Shown: piece after piece, positions 24,890 through 33,193 of the stretch
Numbering within the stretch: the stretch's first letter is position 1
Layout: the number at the start of each line of letters is the position of its first letter
From: a virus
Direction: 5' to 3' (one strand)
IMG/VR virus record: IMGVR_UViG_3300045988_100566
Length of the DNA stretch: 48,924 nt
Program-made: the position numbers and the translations under genes
Notes under the pieces: model-generated
What the model was told of the DNA's origin: nothing
What the model saw: the letters and a program-made list of their open reading frames with translations, nothing else
Databases searched by the model: none

Positions 24890-25436
24890 CGTCCTTTTCC
24901 TGCCCTTTCTTTGCGGTCACTGTATAATAAGGATTCTGTTTTTCTGTTGTATAACACCCATCTAAACTTTCTTCACTTACTTTTCCAGTTGCCACAAGAT
25001 TTTCCAAAACCGGAACATCAACAGATTTTTTTACATCAATGAAGTTTTTGAACACCTTTGGATTCACTCCATATTCTTTGAGATATGTTATCAATCCCGG
25101 CATATCGTTCACTTCATATTTCTTTATTATAACCTGTTTCCTGTACTCTTTTTCTAATGCTTTTTCAACAGATTCAGCATCAAAATTAACAGAAACTTTC
25201 TGAACCTTTTTAATTCTAAGAACCTGCTTATTAGCAATTTCATTGTAAGAAAAACTAATCTCCGAATCAATATTATTCTCATCAAAGAACTTATTTATTG
25301 AACCATAAAAGTTTTTCTTTAACTCATTCATTTGGCCTTGCATTTCTTTAAGCTCTCTGTTTTTTCTAAAGAACTCTAATGCCATAAACCTGCATTTCTC
25401 ATACAGAGAAGAACTAGTTTTTCTTTCCCTCTTCAC
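24885..25436 (-). CDS. Hypothetical protein (replication module)
   Basis: 183 aa with a GTG start 9 nt after AAGGA. Its stop overlaps the open primase frame. Confidence 0.55.
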   Translation of the reverse strand: MKRERKTSSSLYEKCRFMALEFFRKNRELKEMQGQMNELKKNFYGSINKFFDENNIDSEISFSYNEIANKQVLRIKKVQKVSVNFDAESVEKALEKEYRKQVIIKKYEVNDMPGLITYLKEYGVNPKVFKNFIDVKKSVDVPVLENLVATGKVSEESLDGCYTTEKQNPYYTVTAKKGQEKDD

Positions 25437-25902
25437 TTTTCTTAATTCCTTTCAGAAGATTATAAATTCCTCTTGGCCAGCGTCTTCCGGTTTTCACCCA
25501 GATAACATCTTCAAACGGAACAATGAACTCAGCACCATATTCAGTTTCGAGTTTAAGCAACTTTTTCTTAGTGCTTCTCTTCATGAGCTTTGCTGCCTTA
25601 ACCTTGCCAGTTGGAAGCCTAAAAGCAACAATTACTCCCATTTCTACTTTTTCAATGTAGTCAATCTTACTACTATACTTATTTTCTGCTTCTGCAGAAT
25701 CACACTCACATACATCTGTTTTCTGAGGAGTTGCTTCTTTGCTCTCCTGAACCCGCTCTATTTCCTCAACAACTTTTGTCGCTTCAGCTATCGCTTCAAT
25801 CAACTGATCTTTTGTCATATCCCATCTTCCAGAGATATTATACTTTTTAGCAACCTCTCTCAGCTCCTTGCAAGTCATTTTAGCTAAAATTTCTTTTGAC
25901 AC
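25414..25902 (-). CDS. Hypothetical protein with N-terminal HeH (Rho_N/SAP-like) motif
   Basis: MTCKELREVAKKYNISGRWDMTKDQLIEAI. GTG start 8 nt after AGGAGGG. Confidence 0.55.
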   Translation of the reverse strand: MSKEILAKMTCKELREVAKKYNISGRWDMTKDQLIEAIAEATKVVEEIERVQESKEATPQKTDVCECDSAEAENKYSSKIDYIEKVEMGVIVAFRLPTGKVKAAKLMKRSTKKKLLKLETEYGAEFIVPFEDVIWVKTGRRWPRGIYNLLKGIKKSEEGKKN

Positions 25903-25945
25903 TCCTATGCCCTCCTATTATTTTAATTTGTGGTTTGTACCACCG

Positions 25946-25966
25946 ACCGGAACTTTTTGTTCCGGT
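25946..25966 (-). other. Perfect 8-bp hairpin without a U tract
   Basis: ACCGGAAC-aaaaa-GUUCCGGU between the first and second early genes. Confidence 0.5.
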
Positions 25967-26000
25967 TTCGTCTTAATTTTCAAAGACTCATCAGGGTAGT

Positions 26001-26297
26001 TTACAATTGGCATCTGAAGAAATTTATCATTTCACGTGGTTTAATGTCACCTTTATATCCAAACGCCTTACATTTAAAAAACTGTAGACTATGGTCAAAA
26101 GTTTCCTCAACTTTTTCACTATCAATTAGAACCTCAACTGTAAGAATATCATGACAACCTCTAATTGCTAAAAATTTAAGAGCATCGTCTCTTTCTTTTG
26201 TTAAATAAACAACACCTTCCATTCCTGATTTAATACCATCAACAACAATTGATGCTAGATTTTCATAAGGTGTTGCATGATAATATGTATCTTTCAT
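26001..26297 (-). CDS. First early gene: small protein resembling the NAD-binding (ART) lobe of Tpt1/KptA
   Basis: 98 aa. YYHATPYENLASIVVDGIKSGMEGVVYLTKE..DILTVEV resembles LYHGT...L..I...GL......VHLS....ILTV of KptA. AGAGGAGGAAAAAC RBS after the P7 leader. Confidence 0.4.
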   Translation of the reverse strand: MKDTYYHATPYENLASIVVDGIKSGMEGVVYLTKERDDALKFLAIRGCHDILTVEVLIDSEKVEETFDHSLQFFKCKAFGYKGDIKPREMINFFRCQL

Positions 26298-26346
26298 TTT
26301 GTTTTTCCTCCTCTGAGTAATTTTTGTTTTATTTGATTATGTATAT

Positions 26347-26375
26347 ATTATATACCAAGATTTTGATTTTGTAAA
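26347..26375 (-). promoter_or_regulatory. Class-I promoter P7 (start of the early region)
   Basis: AAAAACCTATTTACA-17 nt-TATAAT. -35 at 26370..26375, -10 at 26347..26352. Phased T tracts at 26380, 26390 and 26397. Confidence 0.8.
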
Positions 26376-26410
26376 TAGGTTTTTGAAAGTTTTTTATTTT
26401 TTTTCAGCTA

Positions 26411-29400
26411 CTATTTTATAGTAATAGCACCAGTTTTAGAATCAATCTGAATTGTCTTACCAGCTATGGGTTTACCATCTTCTATAACTTGAATCACGGG
26501 AGCATTATCCATAGTTGCTGGAAGTCCATTGGTTTCATCGAACACAATAGAAGCTGCAAACAGCGGAACTCCATCTGTTCCACTCTGTAAATAGAATCCG
26601 TCTGCTACGTTTGATTTAGCCAGAACTCTGTAAGTTTCATTGGCTTTTGCAGAGAAGCTAAATGATTTTGAGTAAACCTTTTTGGGCTTCATTCTGTTGG
26701 CTTCAATCGTAGTAGCAAATTTACTGTTTGGAACTTCAGTAAGCTGATTTGGGCTAGGGCCTACTTTTGCAAGCCATATTTCAACATTGTTAATAGTTCC
26801 TGTCTCATTGAAAATCTGAGCCTGATATTCCATATTAACATTACCATCTACAAGGAATTTAAAGTCGCCTTGCACTTTCAGTGGGTCGCTGGAGCCTGCA
26901 TCAGACCAACTATTATCATTTACTATTTTTCCATCACCACCTGCAATAACTCCTGCTGGAATTTTCGTAGATGAATCGTTGACCGTATATCGATAACTTG
27001 CATCACCCTTTGGAGTATCTACTCTGGCTTTGTAATACTTCTTGCTAAATTCCAGATATTGCTCCTTGATGTGGCTGTTCGTAGTTATAACTAGTTTGTT
27101 AAACCCCGGAACAATATCACCCTCAAAGTCATTCAATTTAAGCGTGGTTGGAATCTGAGAAGATACTGGATAAAGAACTATGGCTAATTCTTTACCATCA
27201 GATGGCAGGTTAAATTTTTTTATAGCAGTATGAATCCCAGATACAGCATCTTCTGAAATGAATAACGAGTCTACCGCCTCCCAATCAGCAGAGAACACAG
27301 GTGAACCGTTATCATAACTCTGAACAGACGGTAATGGTGCAGGGTTTTGTATTCCTGTATATTTCATCAGATTTATCTGAAAGGCATTATTTTTGTCTGT
27401 GATTTTAACCGTGGTATTATACTCTTTTCCACCTATATAGTGGGTTGCAAACTTACTATATCGTTTCACGATTGAAAACACAGGTAAATCAGTTCCGTTG
27501 TCTTTAATAATCAACTGATAGTTCTGAATAGCTGCTTTTACCTTTGTCTTAAAATCAAGGTAAGTGTCATCCCCTAGATACATTGTAGTAGGTGCTACTT
27601 CTTGCTCAGCCATGTCAAAAGTAAGATACTGGGCAAAATTCAGGGAATTTGTACCGTAATAAATGTTGTCAAATCCAATTCTGTACCCTGTAAAAGCCAT
27701 AAAAGCAAGTAAAGCCATACCTGCTGATTCTTTTTTACTTATGGCTTGTAGCATAATGCAGGTATCAGCACCAATGCTTAAAATTTCCTCATTTGCAAAC
27801 GTAGTTTTAAGCTTTAAGTGAACTTCTGTATAGTCTTTTACTCTGCACTCTCCAACATACAGCTCTTTTCTCTGCACGTCATCAGTTTTGTACTCGACTT
27901 CAACCCCCATTGGATTGCCATTTATATCCAGAATAGGCGATTCATTATTGTCCACAAGCTCCAGCATAATTTTACCGTCCTGAGTTAATGGTGCTAATTC
28001 ATAGGCTGACGGAACATAAGATAAAGCCACAAGGAACGTTGTGCCTTCGCTCATGTTTGAATCATCCTGCATATTAATATCCTGAATCACAAACGATTTA
28101 TTCTGCAAATTCTGGTAAACAAAAGCTCCACCCTGAACTCTGACATCACCAAAGTAAATCTTTGCTTTGTCATATTTTGTATTGTATAACTGATCATTTC
28201 CAACAAAAGCAAGAATACCGTCATGCCCTTTTACACCCTCTACAGAAAAATCTGCGTTTTCGCCTAGCTTAGCAATTCTAACAGTTCTATCCATAGATTG
28301 AATATTTTGTGAAGTAAACCATTCTTTTTTCATACCGTCCATAAACTGCATTGAATAATCATGCGTTTCGTGGTGTGATATAAAATCATAACCTGGTTCA
28401 TTTTTAAATGGCAGGAAATAACCTAAATACCCTTGTTTTGTGAACGTCATCGAGCTGGCTGAAACAATACCATCTATGCTTTCCCCTGAAGCTGCATCTA
28501 TCTCTAGGGAGCCTGATGATACCCCTGTTGAGAATATCAACTCCACCATAATGATTTTACCATCACTATGAAGTGGAAGAATCTGGGTTATCTTTTGCTT
28601 CTCGCTTGTAAGCTGAAATGCTAAATATAATGTTGTAGCATCTTTGTATGGCGGCTGTGATAAGTCAATAGCTGCTTGAACTTCATATCTGTTTGCATAG
28701 AACAGTTTTTTGATTTCTTCATCTGTTTTACCGCTTATGGCTGGGTGGTCTGCATTCTGTAAAGCCCTAAAAGCTGCATTTGCTTTAAGCTCTCTGTCAA
28801 AATCAGACGGAGAAAAGTTTGAACCGTCTTTTGACATTAAGCCTGAATCAATTCCTTTATCATACAGCTTTTGAAGGTCTACGTCGGCAAGGTCGTTTTC
28901 TGCCAGTCCGTTCTTTTTCGCCTGAGTCAGAAAATCCGCATCAGACATAGGTTCTTTAACAGCTTCCTTATATTTCTGTCTGAATACATCATTTGATACA
29001 TTCTTAAAGTCTTTAAGTGCAAAATCACCAGCATCACTCTGAGCTACAGGTGGAGCTGCAAAGTTTTCGTTTCTGTCAACATAGTAAACGCAGCTGTACG
29101 TGTAATAATCGTCAATCTTAATCATTAACTTAACTCTTCCATAACCCATCGACAAATATTTACTAGCTGCTACTTTTACTACATTGCCAGCCACTGTTAC
29201 TGGATAGTCTGGAGAAGACTCATCTACAGTAAACGATTCTACACCATTTTCAAAATTAAAAATGAGCTTCGGCTTTTTCATATTGTCAATGGTAATGGGT
29301 TCACCACGCTCAGCAAGCCTAAACTCAAAAGCAAAGTTCTGGTTACCTTGTAAAAGACCCGTTTCTTTTATTGCTTTATCTGCATAAGCTGTATCAAGTT

Positions 29401-29419
29401 CAACCTTAAACGTCCTCAT
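26411..29419 (-). CDS. Large tail fibre / receptor-binding protein (BppU-like N-terminal domain)
   Basis: 1002 aa, last gene of the tail module. The N-terminus LLQGNQNFAFEFRLAERGEPITI resembles the BppU_N pattern. AAAAGGAGGTG RBS. Confidence 0.55.
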   Translation of the reverse strand: MRTFKVELDTAYADKAIKETGLLQGNQNFAFEFRLAERGEPITIDNMKKPKLIFNFENGVESFTVDESSPDYPVTVAGNVVKVAASKYLSMGYGRVKLMIKIDDYYTYSCVYYVDRNENFAAPPVAQSDAGDFALKDFKNVSNDVFRQKYKEAVKEPMSDADFLTQAKKNGLAENDLADVDLQKLYDKGIDSGLMSKDGSNFSPSDFDRELKANAAFRALQNADHPAISGKTDEEIKKLFYANRYEVQAAIDLSQPPYKDATTLYLAFQLTSEKQKITQILPLHSDGKIIMVELIFSTGVSSGSLEIDAASGESIDGIVSASSMTFTKQGYLGYFLPFKNEPGYDFISHHETHDYSMQFMDGMKKEWFTSQNIQSMDRTVRIAKLGENADFSVEGVKGHDGILAFVGNDQLYNTKYDKAKIYFGDVRVQGGAFVYQNLQNKSFVIQDINMQDDSNMSEGTTFLVALSYVPSAYELAPLTQDGKIMLELVDNNESPILDINGNPMGVEVEYKTDDVQRKELYVGECRVKDYTEVHLKLKTTFANEEILSIGADTCIMLQAISKKESAGMALLAFMAFTGYRIGFDNIYYGTNSLNFAQYLTFDMAEQEVAPTTMYLGDDTYLDFKTKVKAAIQNYQLIIKDNGTDLPVFSIVKRYSKFATHYIGGKEYNTTVKITDKNNAFQINLMKYTGIQNPAPLPSVQSYDNGSPVFSADWEAVDSLFISEDAVSGIHTAIKKFNLPSDGKELAIVLYPVSSQIPTTLKLNDFEGDIVPGFNKLVITTNSHIKEQYLEFSKKYYKARVDTPKGDASYRYTVNDSSTKIPAGVIAGGDGKIVNDNSWSDAGSSDPLKVQGDFKFLVDGNVNMEYQAQIFNETGTINNVEIWLAKVGPSPNQLTEVPNSKFATTIEANRMKPKKVYSKSFSFSAKANETYRVLAKSNVADGFYLQSGTDGVPLFAASIVFDETNGLPATMDNAPVIQVIEDGKPIAGKTIQIDSKTGAITIK

Positions 29420-29434
29420 ACAAACACCTCCTTT

Positions 29435-29465
29435 TAAAAAAGGCCCTCTGGATAACCAGAAGGCC
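29435..29465 (-). terminator. Rho-independent terminator inside the tail-fibre operon
   Basis: GGCCUUCUGG-uuau-CCAGAGGGCC (29442-29465, one G-U pair on the minus strand) followed by UUUUUU. Confidence 0.8.
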
Positions 29466-29476
29466 GTTTAATGGGC

Positions 29477-29737
29477 TTATTTTCCTGGGCCTACAGGTGT
29501 ATTGCCCTTACCCTCTAAACCTGGACCTACGGGCGTGTTACCAAGTCCTTCAAGACCCGGCCCTACTGGAGTATTGCCCTTACCTTCCAGTGCTGGGCCT
29601 GTTGGTACATTTCCGCCTGTTGTGACTGGGCCTGTCTCTCCTACGTCACATGTACATTGTGTGTTAGGCTTACTATTATGTACCTCATTTACCGACTTGT
29701 TTTTGTGTACCTTACATCCTGTTTTACTCTTTCCCAT
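29477..29737 (-). CDS. Small Gly/Pro-rich repeat protein
   Basis: 86 aa. C-terminal half is four 14-aa repeats, GN(T/V)P(V/T)GP(G/A)LEG(K/L). N-terminal Cys residues. Confidence 0.55.
   Translation of the reverse strand: MGKSKTGCKVHKNKSVNEVHNSKPNTQCTCDVGETGPVTTGGNVPTGPALEGKGNTPVGPGLEGLGNTPVGPGLEGKGNTPVGPGK
29480..29617 (-). repeat. Coding tandem repeat, 42-nt unit, about 3.3 copies
   Basis: Units such as cctgggcctacaggtgtattgcccttaccctctaaa recur with synonymous drift. Confidence 0.8.
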
Positions 29738-29754
29738 ATCATTTTCTCCTTTCT

Positions 29755-29883
29755 TTACTCCTGTGCTAACTCTGGATAGCCTAAAGCTGTAAGGACTTTC
29801 TTTACGTCCGGTCTGATAATCTCAGGCACATCAGTAATTTTCTTTAAGCCCTTAATAATAAGCTGTGCATAAATTACGTCCAT
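29755..29883 (-). CDS. Small hypothetical protein (42 aa) in the tail-fibre module
   Basis: MDVIYAQLIIKGLKKITDVPEIIRPDVKKVLTALGYPELAQE. GAAAGGAGGTG RBS. Below the track cutoff. Confidence 0.55.
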   Translation of the reverse strand: MDVIYAQLIIKGLKKITDVPEIIRPDVKKVLTALGYPELAQE

Positions 29884-29902
29884 TCTTTTCACCTCCTTTC
29901 AC

Positions 29903-30190
29903 TTACTTTGTTATAGCAACCTCAAATACCTGTGCCAAGGCCATCTGAAGTTCCGTAACTTGATTTTCTTTTTCCTCATACATCTGCTGAATTGACATAA
30001 GCAAGTCAAAATCTTTGTATGGGTATGTAGCTATTGAATCATCGTTTACCTGATAGCAATATCCTTTAATGACAGTATCACACCATCCATTAAAGTAATC
30101 ATCTGGTACATCATGTTCTGTAAGCTGTAACCCTGTATCATTCTTTCTTACTGCTACAATATGATACTGTTCGTCTGTGTATATTTTCAT
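29903..30190 (-). CDS. Hypothetical protein (tail-fibre accessory position)
   Basis: 95 aa. GGAGGTAAG RBS. Lies between fibre genes. Confidence 0.55.
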   Translation of the reverse strand: MKIYTDEQYHIVAVRKNDTGLQLTEHDVPDDYFNGWCDTVIKGYCYQVNDDSIATYPYKDFDLLMSIQQMYEEKENQVTELQMALAQVFEVAITK

Positions 30191-30203
30191 TTTATCTTAC
30201 CTC

Positions 30204-31073
30204 CTACTGTGTTGATAATGTTATATCTTTCACACTATACTGTGACCTGTCGTTTATATTCTCAGAACCGCCAGTTACTTTTACAGCAATATACAAAAAA
30301 TATACACCTGATAAACTTGTTACATTTAATTTTACACTCTTACGCTTTTTACTATCATTTCTTGAAAAAGCCGTTTTGTCTACCGCATCAAATGTAAATG
30401 CCGAAAGGTTTGAATTTCTGCTGACACCGAAGTACCACTCAGCAGATTGAGATGTATTGTAACCTAAGAACATGTATGTGCTAGCATTTATGTAGTTCCA
30501 TCCTGTCAAATTCAACCCACTTCCATTATTCAACATGGCAAACGCGTAACTTCCGGGAGATTTCGTATAAAACAATAATGTGCCACCCTCAGCAGGGTCG
30601 ATGGAAACACTCGGTGCAATACGTCCTGCAGTGACTCCCAATTTTGGTGTTATGTTTACAGTAGCTGGAGACTTATACTCTACTACATTTCCTCTTACAC
30701 CGAATATTGTAACTCCGTCTCTTATATTACTTGCTATTAAGTTGGGGTCACCAGCTACGTTAACATTCCCGCTTACATATCTTCCAGCTGCTACAGCTGT
30801 TTTTGTAATTGTTCCGGGAGTTATTGTGGATCCACCCTGTACAGGAATATTCTGTGTTACTTTGCCCAAACCGTTATGATATCCAGCTGGGATTGTATAG
30901 TTGCCATTGATAGGTAGTACCTGACTCACCGCTCCCCTGTTTGGCATCGTACCTGTTAACGGTTCACCATCTGGGCCTACAATAACTTTACCGGCCAGTA
31001 TGTCACCTGCCTGTGCTGTAGTCACATCTAAATCAACACCGCCTCCGCCTCCGGGAATCCATATTTTAGACAT
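30204..31073 (-). CDS. Tail fibre protein
   Basis: TTAQAGDILAGKVIVGPDGEPLTGTMPNRGAVSQVL..GNYTIPAGYHNGLGKV is a motif common in Clostridia phage fibres. Confidence 0.55.
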   Translation of the reverse strand: MSKIWIPGGGGGVDLDVTTAQAGDILAGKVIVGPDGEPLTGTMPNRGAVSQVLPINGNYTIPAGYHNGLGKVTQNIPVQGGSTITPGTITKTAVAAGRYVSGNVNVAGDPNLIASNIRDGVTIFGVRGNVVEYKSPATVNITPKLGVTAGRIAPSVSIDPAEGGTLLFYTKSPGSYAFAMLNNGSGLNLTGWNYINASTYMFLGYNTSQSAEWYFGVSRNSNLSAFTFDAVDKTAFSRNDSKKRKSVKLNVTSLSGVYFLYIAVKVTGGSENINDRSQYSVKDITLSTQ

Positions 31074-31076
31074 ATC

Positions 31077-32096
31077 CTATACCCCCTTTGTCACACCCTT
31101 AAGACGAATCTTAAAAGTTTCAGTAGGCTTTTTTATATTGCAGTAGAAAGTAGCAAATCCATCCTCCGTTTCACCTGCATCAATCATGCCTGTAAGCTTT
31201 TTGAGCAGCTTTGTTTTATCAATCCCGGTATCTTTATCAATAGCAGGTGCAAGGCTTATGCTGTCCGTTTCTTTCAAGTTTGGAACCGCTACTCTCTGGC
31301 TCCATGGTGCTGAATCACCTATCCAGCCCTCAAGCTTAAGCTCAACCTCTACTATATTGTTCATACCATCAATCTGTTTCTGAAGATTTGTAGCTGGCTC
31401 CGTACCTAACTTAGCATTTATATCTTGGAACCATTTATTGAACGTTGCTTCGTTTGCGGTTCTCCATGATTCAAAATCCTGCTGTTCTTGTTTCGTCCAT
31501 TGGTCTAAATCCGCACCAGCTTTCTTCGTGAACTGCTCATACCAACTTACGAACTGTTGATATAATGTAGTGGTATCAACCTGCTCTACAACTCCTGTTA
31601 CTATGCCACAGACATCTTTATCTAACCTGTCATCAACTATTTGTGCGTTTGTAATGCCTGTAATACCCTGTGTTACGTTGATATGTGCCAACCTTAACTG
31701 GAATACACTGTCATCCCTTTGCAGCACTGGAATTTGAGCATCACCAGCTTCTGTTCCTTTTACAACTTTTGCTTTAATATCTCTAGTGGTGATATTCCAC
31801 TCAAGCACAATACTGTCCACCCTGTTCAAACTTGGACTGGCATTCTCTAACTTTACGTTCAGAGGTGTACTATTGTCATACCAGTATCCATTAACAAAAG
31901 CGTTACCAATTGAAATATCAACACTCATGTTTTGTGCTGAGTTCTGTACTACCTGAAGCTTACCTGCATCCGGAAAGAATACACCATTACCAACAAATAA
32001 AGCAAAATAATATGCAAACTGCTGAGCAAAATATTCCCTGTCATAAGAACCATCAGCTTGTTCCTCAGCATTAAAAAATCCACTTGTTTCTGCCAC
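31077..32096 (-). CDS. Baseplate / fibre-associated structural protein
   Basis: The N-terminus SGFFNAEEQADGSYDREYFAQQFAYYFALFVGNGVF is typical of Gram-positive phage baseplate proteins. Confidence 0.5.
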   Translation of the reverse strand: MAETSGFFNAEEQADGSYDREYFAQQFAYYFALFVGNGVFFPDAGKLQVVQNSAQNMSVDISIGNAFVNGYWYDNSTPLNVKLENASPSLNRVDSIVLEWNITTRDIKAKVVKGTEAGDAQIPVLQRDDSVFQLRLAHINVTQGITGITNAQIVDDRLDKDVCGIVTGVVEQVDTTTLYQQFVSWYEQFTKKAGADLDQWTKQEQQDFESWRTANEATFNKWFQDINAKLGTEPATNLQKQIDGMNNIVEVELKLEGWIGDSAPWSQRVAVPNLKETDSISLAPAIDKDTGIDKTKLLKKLTGMIDAGETEDGFATFYCNIKKPTETFKIRLKGVTKGV

Positions 32097-32097
32097 C

Positions 32098-33192
32098 TTA
32101 CAACACTCCTTTCTTCAATTTATCGTACAACGTAGGCAAACCAAAACCAAATGTTGGCTCAACCGTATATCCATCTTCTGCAAATGTAACTGTAACTTCT
32201 GTTATTTTAGCTGATAATATAACCCCAAGGTTTTTATCAACCACACTTACTGTATCACCTAAGAAGTAGTCTTTGCCATAAACAAAACCTGTTCTTGCAT
32301 CACTCATCAGTTCTGCATCATAGCTTTCCGCTTTTCTAAACTCACTTAATTTTTCTTTTCCTCTTTGCTGAAGCAATTCATTATATTCTTCATCAGTCAT
32401 TCTTGATATACTGTTTGCTTTTTGAATATCTCTTGCATCAACTACAATTTCTCTCCTGAAGAAGCCTGCTGATTCAGTTTGTTTAACTTCAACAACTACT
32501 CTGTTTTCTCCTTCGCCCTCACCTGCAACATATGCCACGTTGCGGTAATTATTATTATCTGAAACATATTCACTTTTTAAAATGTTGTTAAAGTCTGTAC
32601 CAAATATTACTGGCTTATTTCCATCTTTGTTGCCAATTGTAAGGTCTTTACCTCTGAACAAAGTAAATTCAAAGGCTTTTTCTTCCATGTTAAGATATAC
32701 TTCATAGCCAATATCATAAGTTTCGCTTAACGGCTGGAATATATCGGATAATGATTTACCTGTAACCTGATACCTAATAGCTGTATTGTCTATTACATTG
32801 TTTATAAACGTAAAACCTTCAATCTTTCTTTCGTCATCAGCCATGAAATTTAACCTAACAAGTTCTTCAAATATTCCTGTTGTTAGTTTATTTGCTTCAT
32901 ATGTTTTTATAACTGTTCTCCAGTTTAAAACTACTGAAAGCAATTTGCCTTTTGCTTTTATTTCGTTATCTGAAGATTTGTCTATATATTGGATAACACC
33001 AGCATATTCATCTTCAATCCACAAAATATTATCTTCAACAATTAGACTTTTATTTTCTTCATTTAATGCACAACTTAATTCAAAAGAGCCTATACCAGAA
33101 TACTTTGGATTGTACTGTATCATATTGAATTTGTTTATCACACCCAACCTCTCAAATTTATGGTTGATGATTTCCATCCTCATATTTCCCAT
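32098..33192 (-). CDS. Minor structural / tail-tip protein (Gp37-like, Tal position)
   Basis: Start moved to ATG 33192 (9 nt after GGAGG, 1 nt after the Dit stop). Position after Dit. Confidence 0.55.
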   Translation of the reverse strand: MGNMRMEIINHKFERLGVINKFNMIQYNPKYSGIGSFELSCALNEENKSLIVEDNILWIEDEYAGVIQYIDKSSDNEIKAKGKLLSVVLNWRTVIKTYEANKLTTGIFEELVRLNFMADDERKIEGFTFINNVIDNTAIRYQVTGKSLSDIFQPLSETYDIGYEVYLNMEEKAFEFTLFRGKDLTIGNKDGNKPVIFGTDFNNILKSEYVSDNNNYRNVAYVAGEGEGENRVVVEVKQTESAGFFRREIVVDARDIQKANSISRMTDEEYNELLQQRGKEKLSEFRKAESYDAELMSDARTGFVYGKDYFLGDTVSVVDKNLGVILSAKITEVTVTFAEDGYTVEPTFGFGLPTLYDKLKKGVL

Positions 33193-33193
33193 A

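Noticed and set aside
25946-25966. The hairpin ACCGGAAC-N5-GTTCCGGT as an intrinsic terminator for minus-strand transcription.
   Set aside because: No U tract follows on the minus strand, and the T-rich tail is on the plus strand, where no genes exist. I kept it only as an unexplained hairpin.
29480-29617. The 42-nt tandem repeats as a CRISPR-like or non-coding array, and the product as collagen.
   Set aside because: The repeats are contiguous without spacers, are in frame in a CDS, and diverge synonymously. The peptide repeat is 14 residues and lacks Gly-X-Y periodicity.
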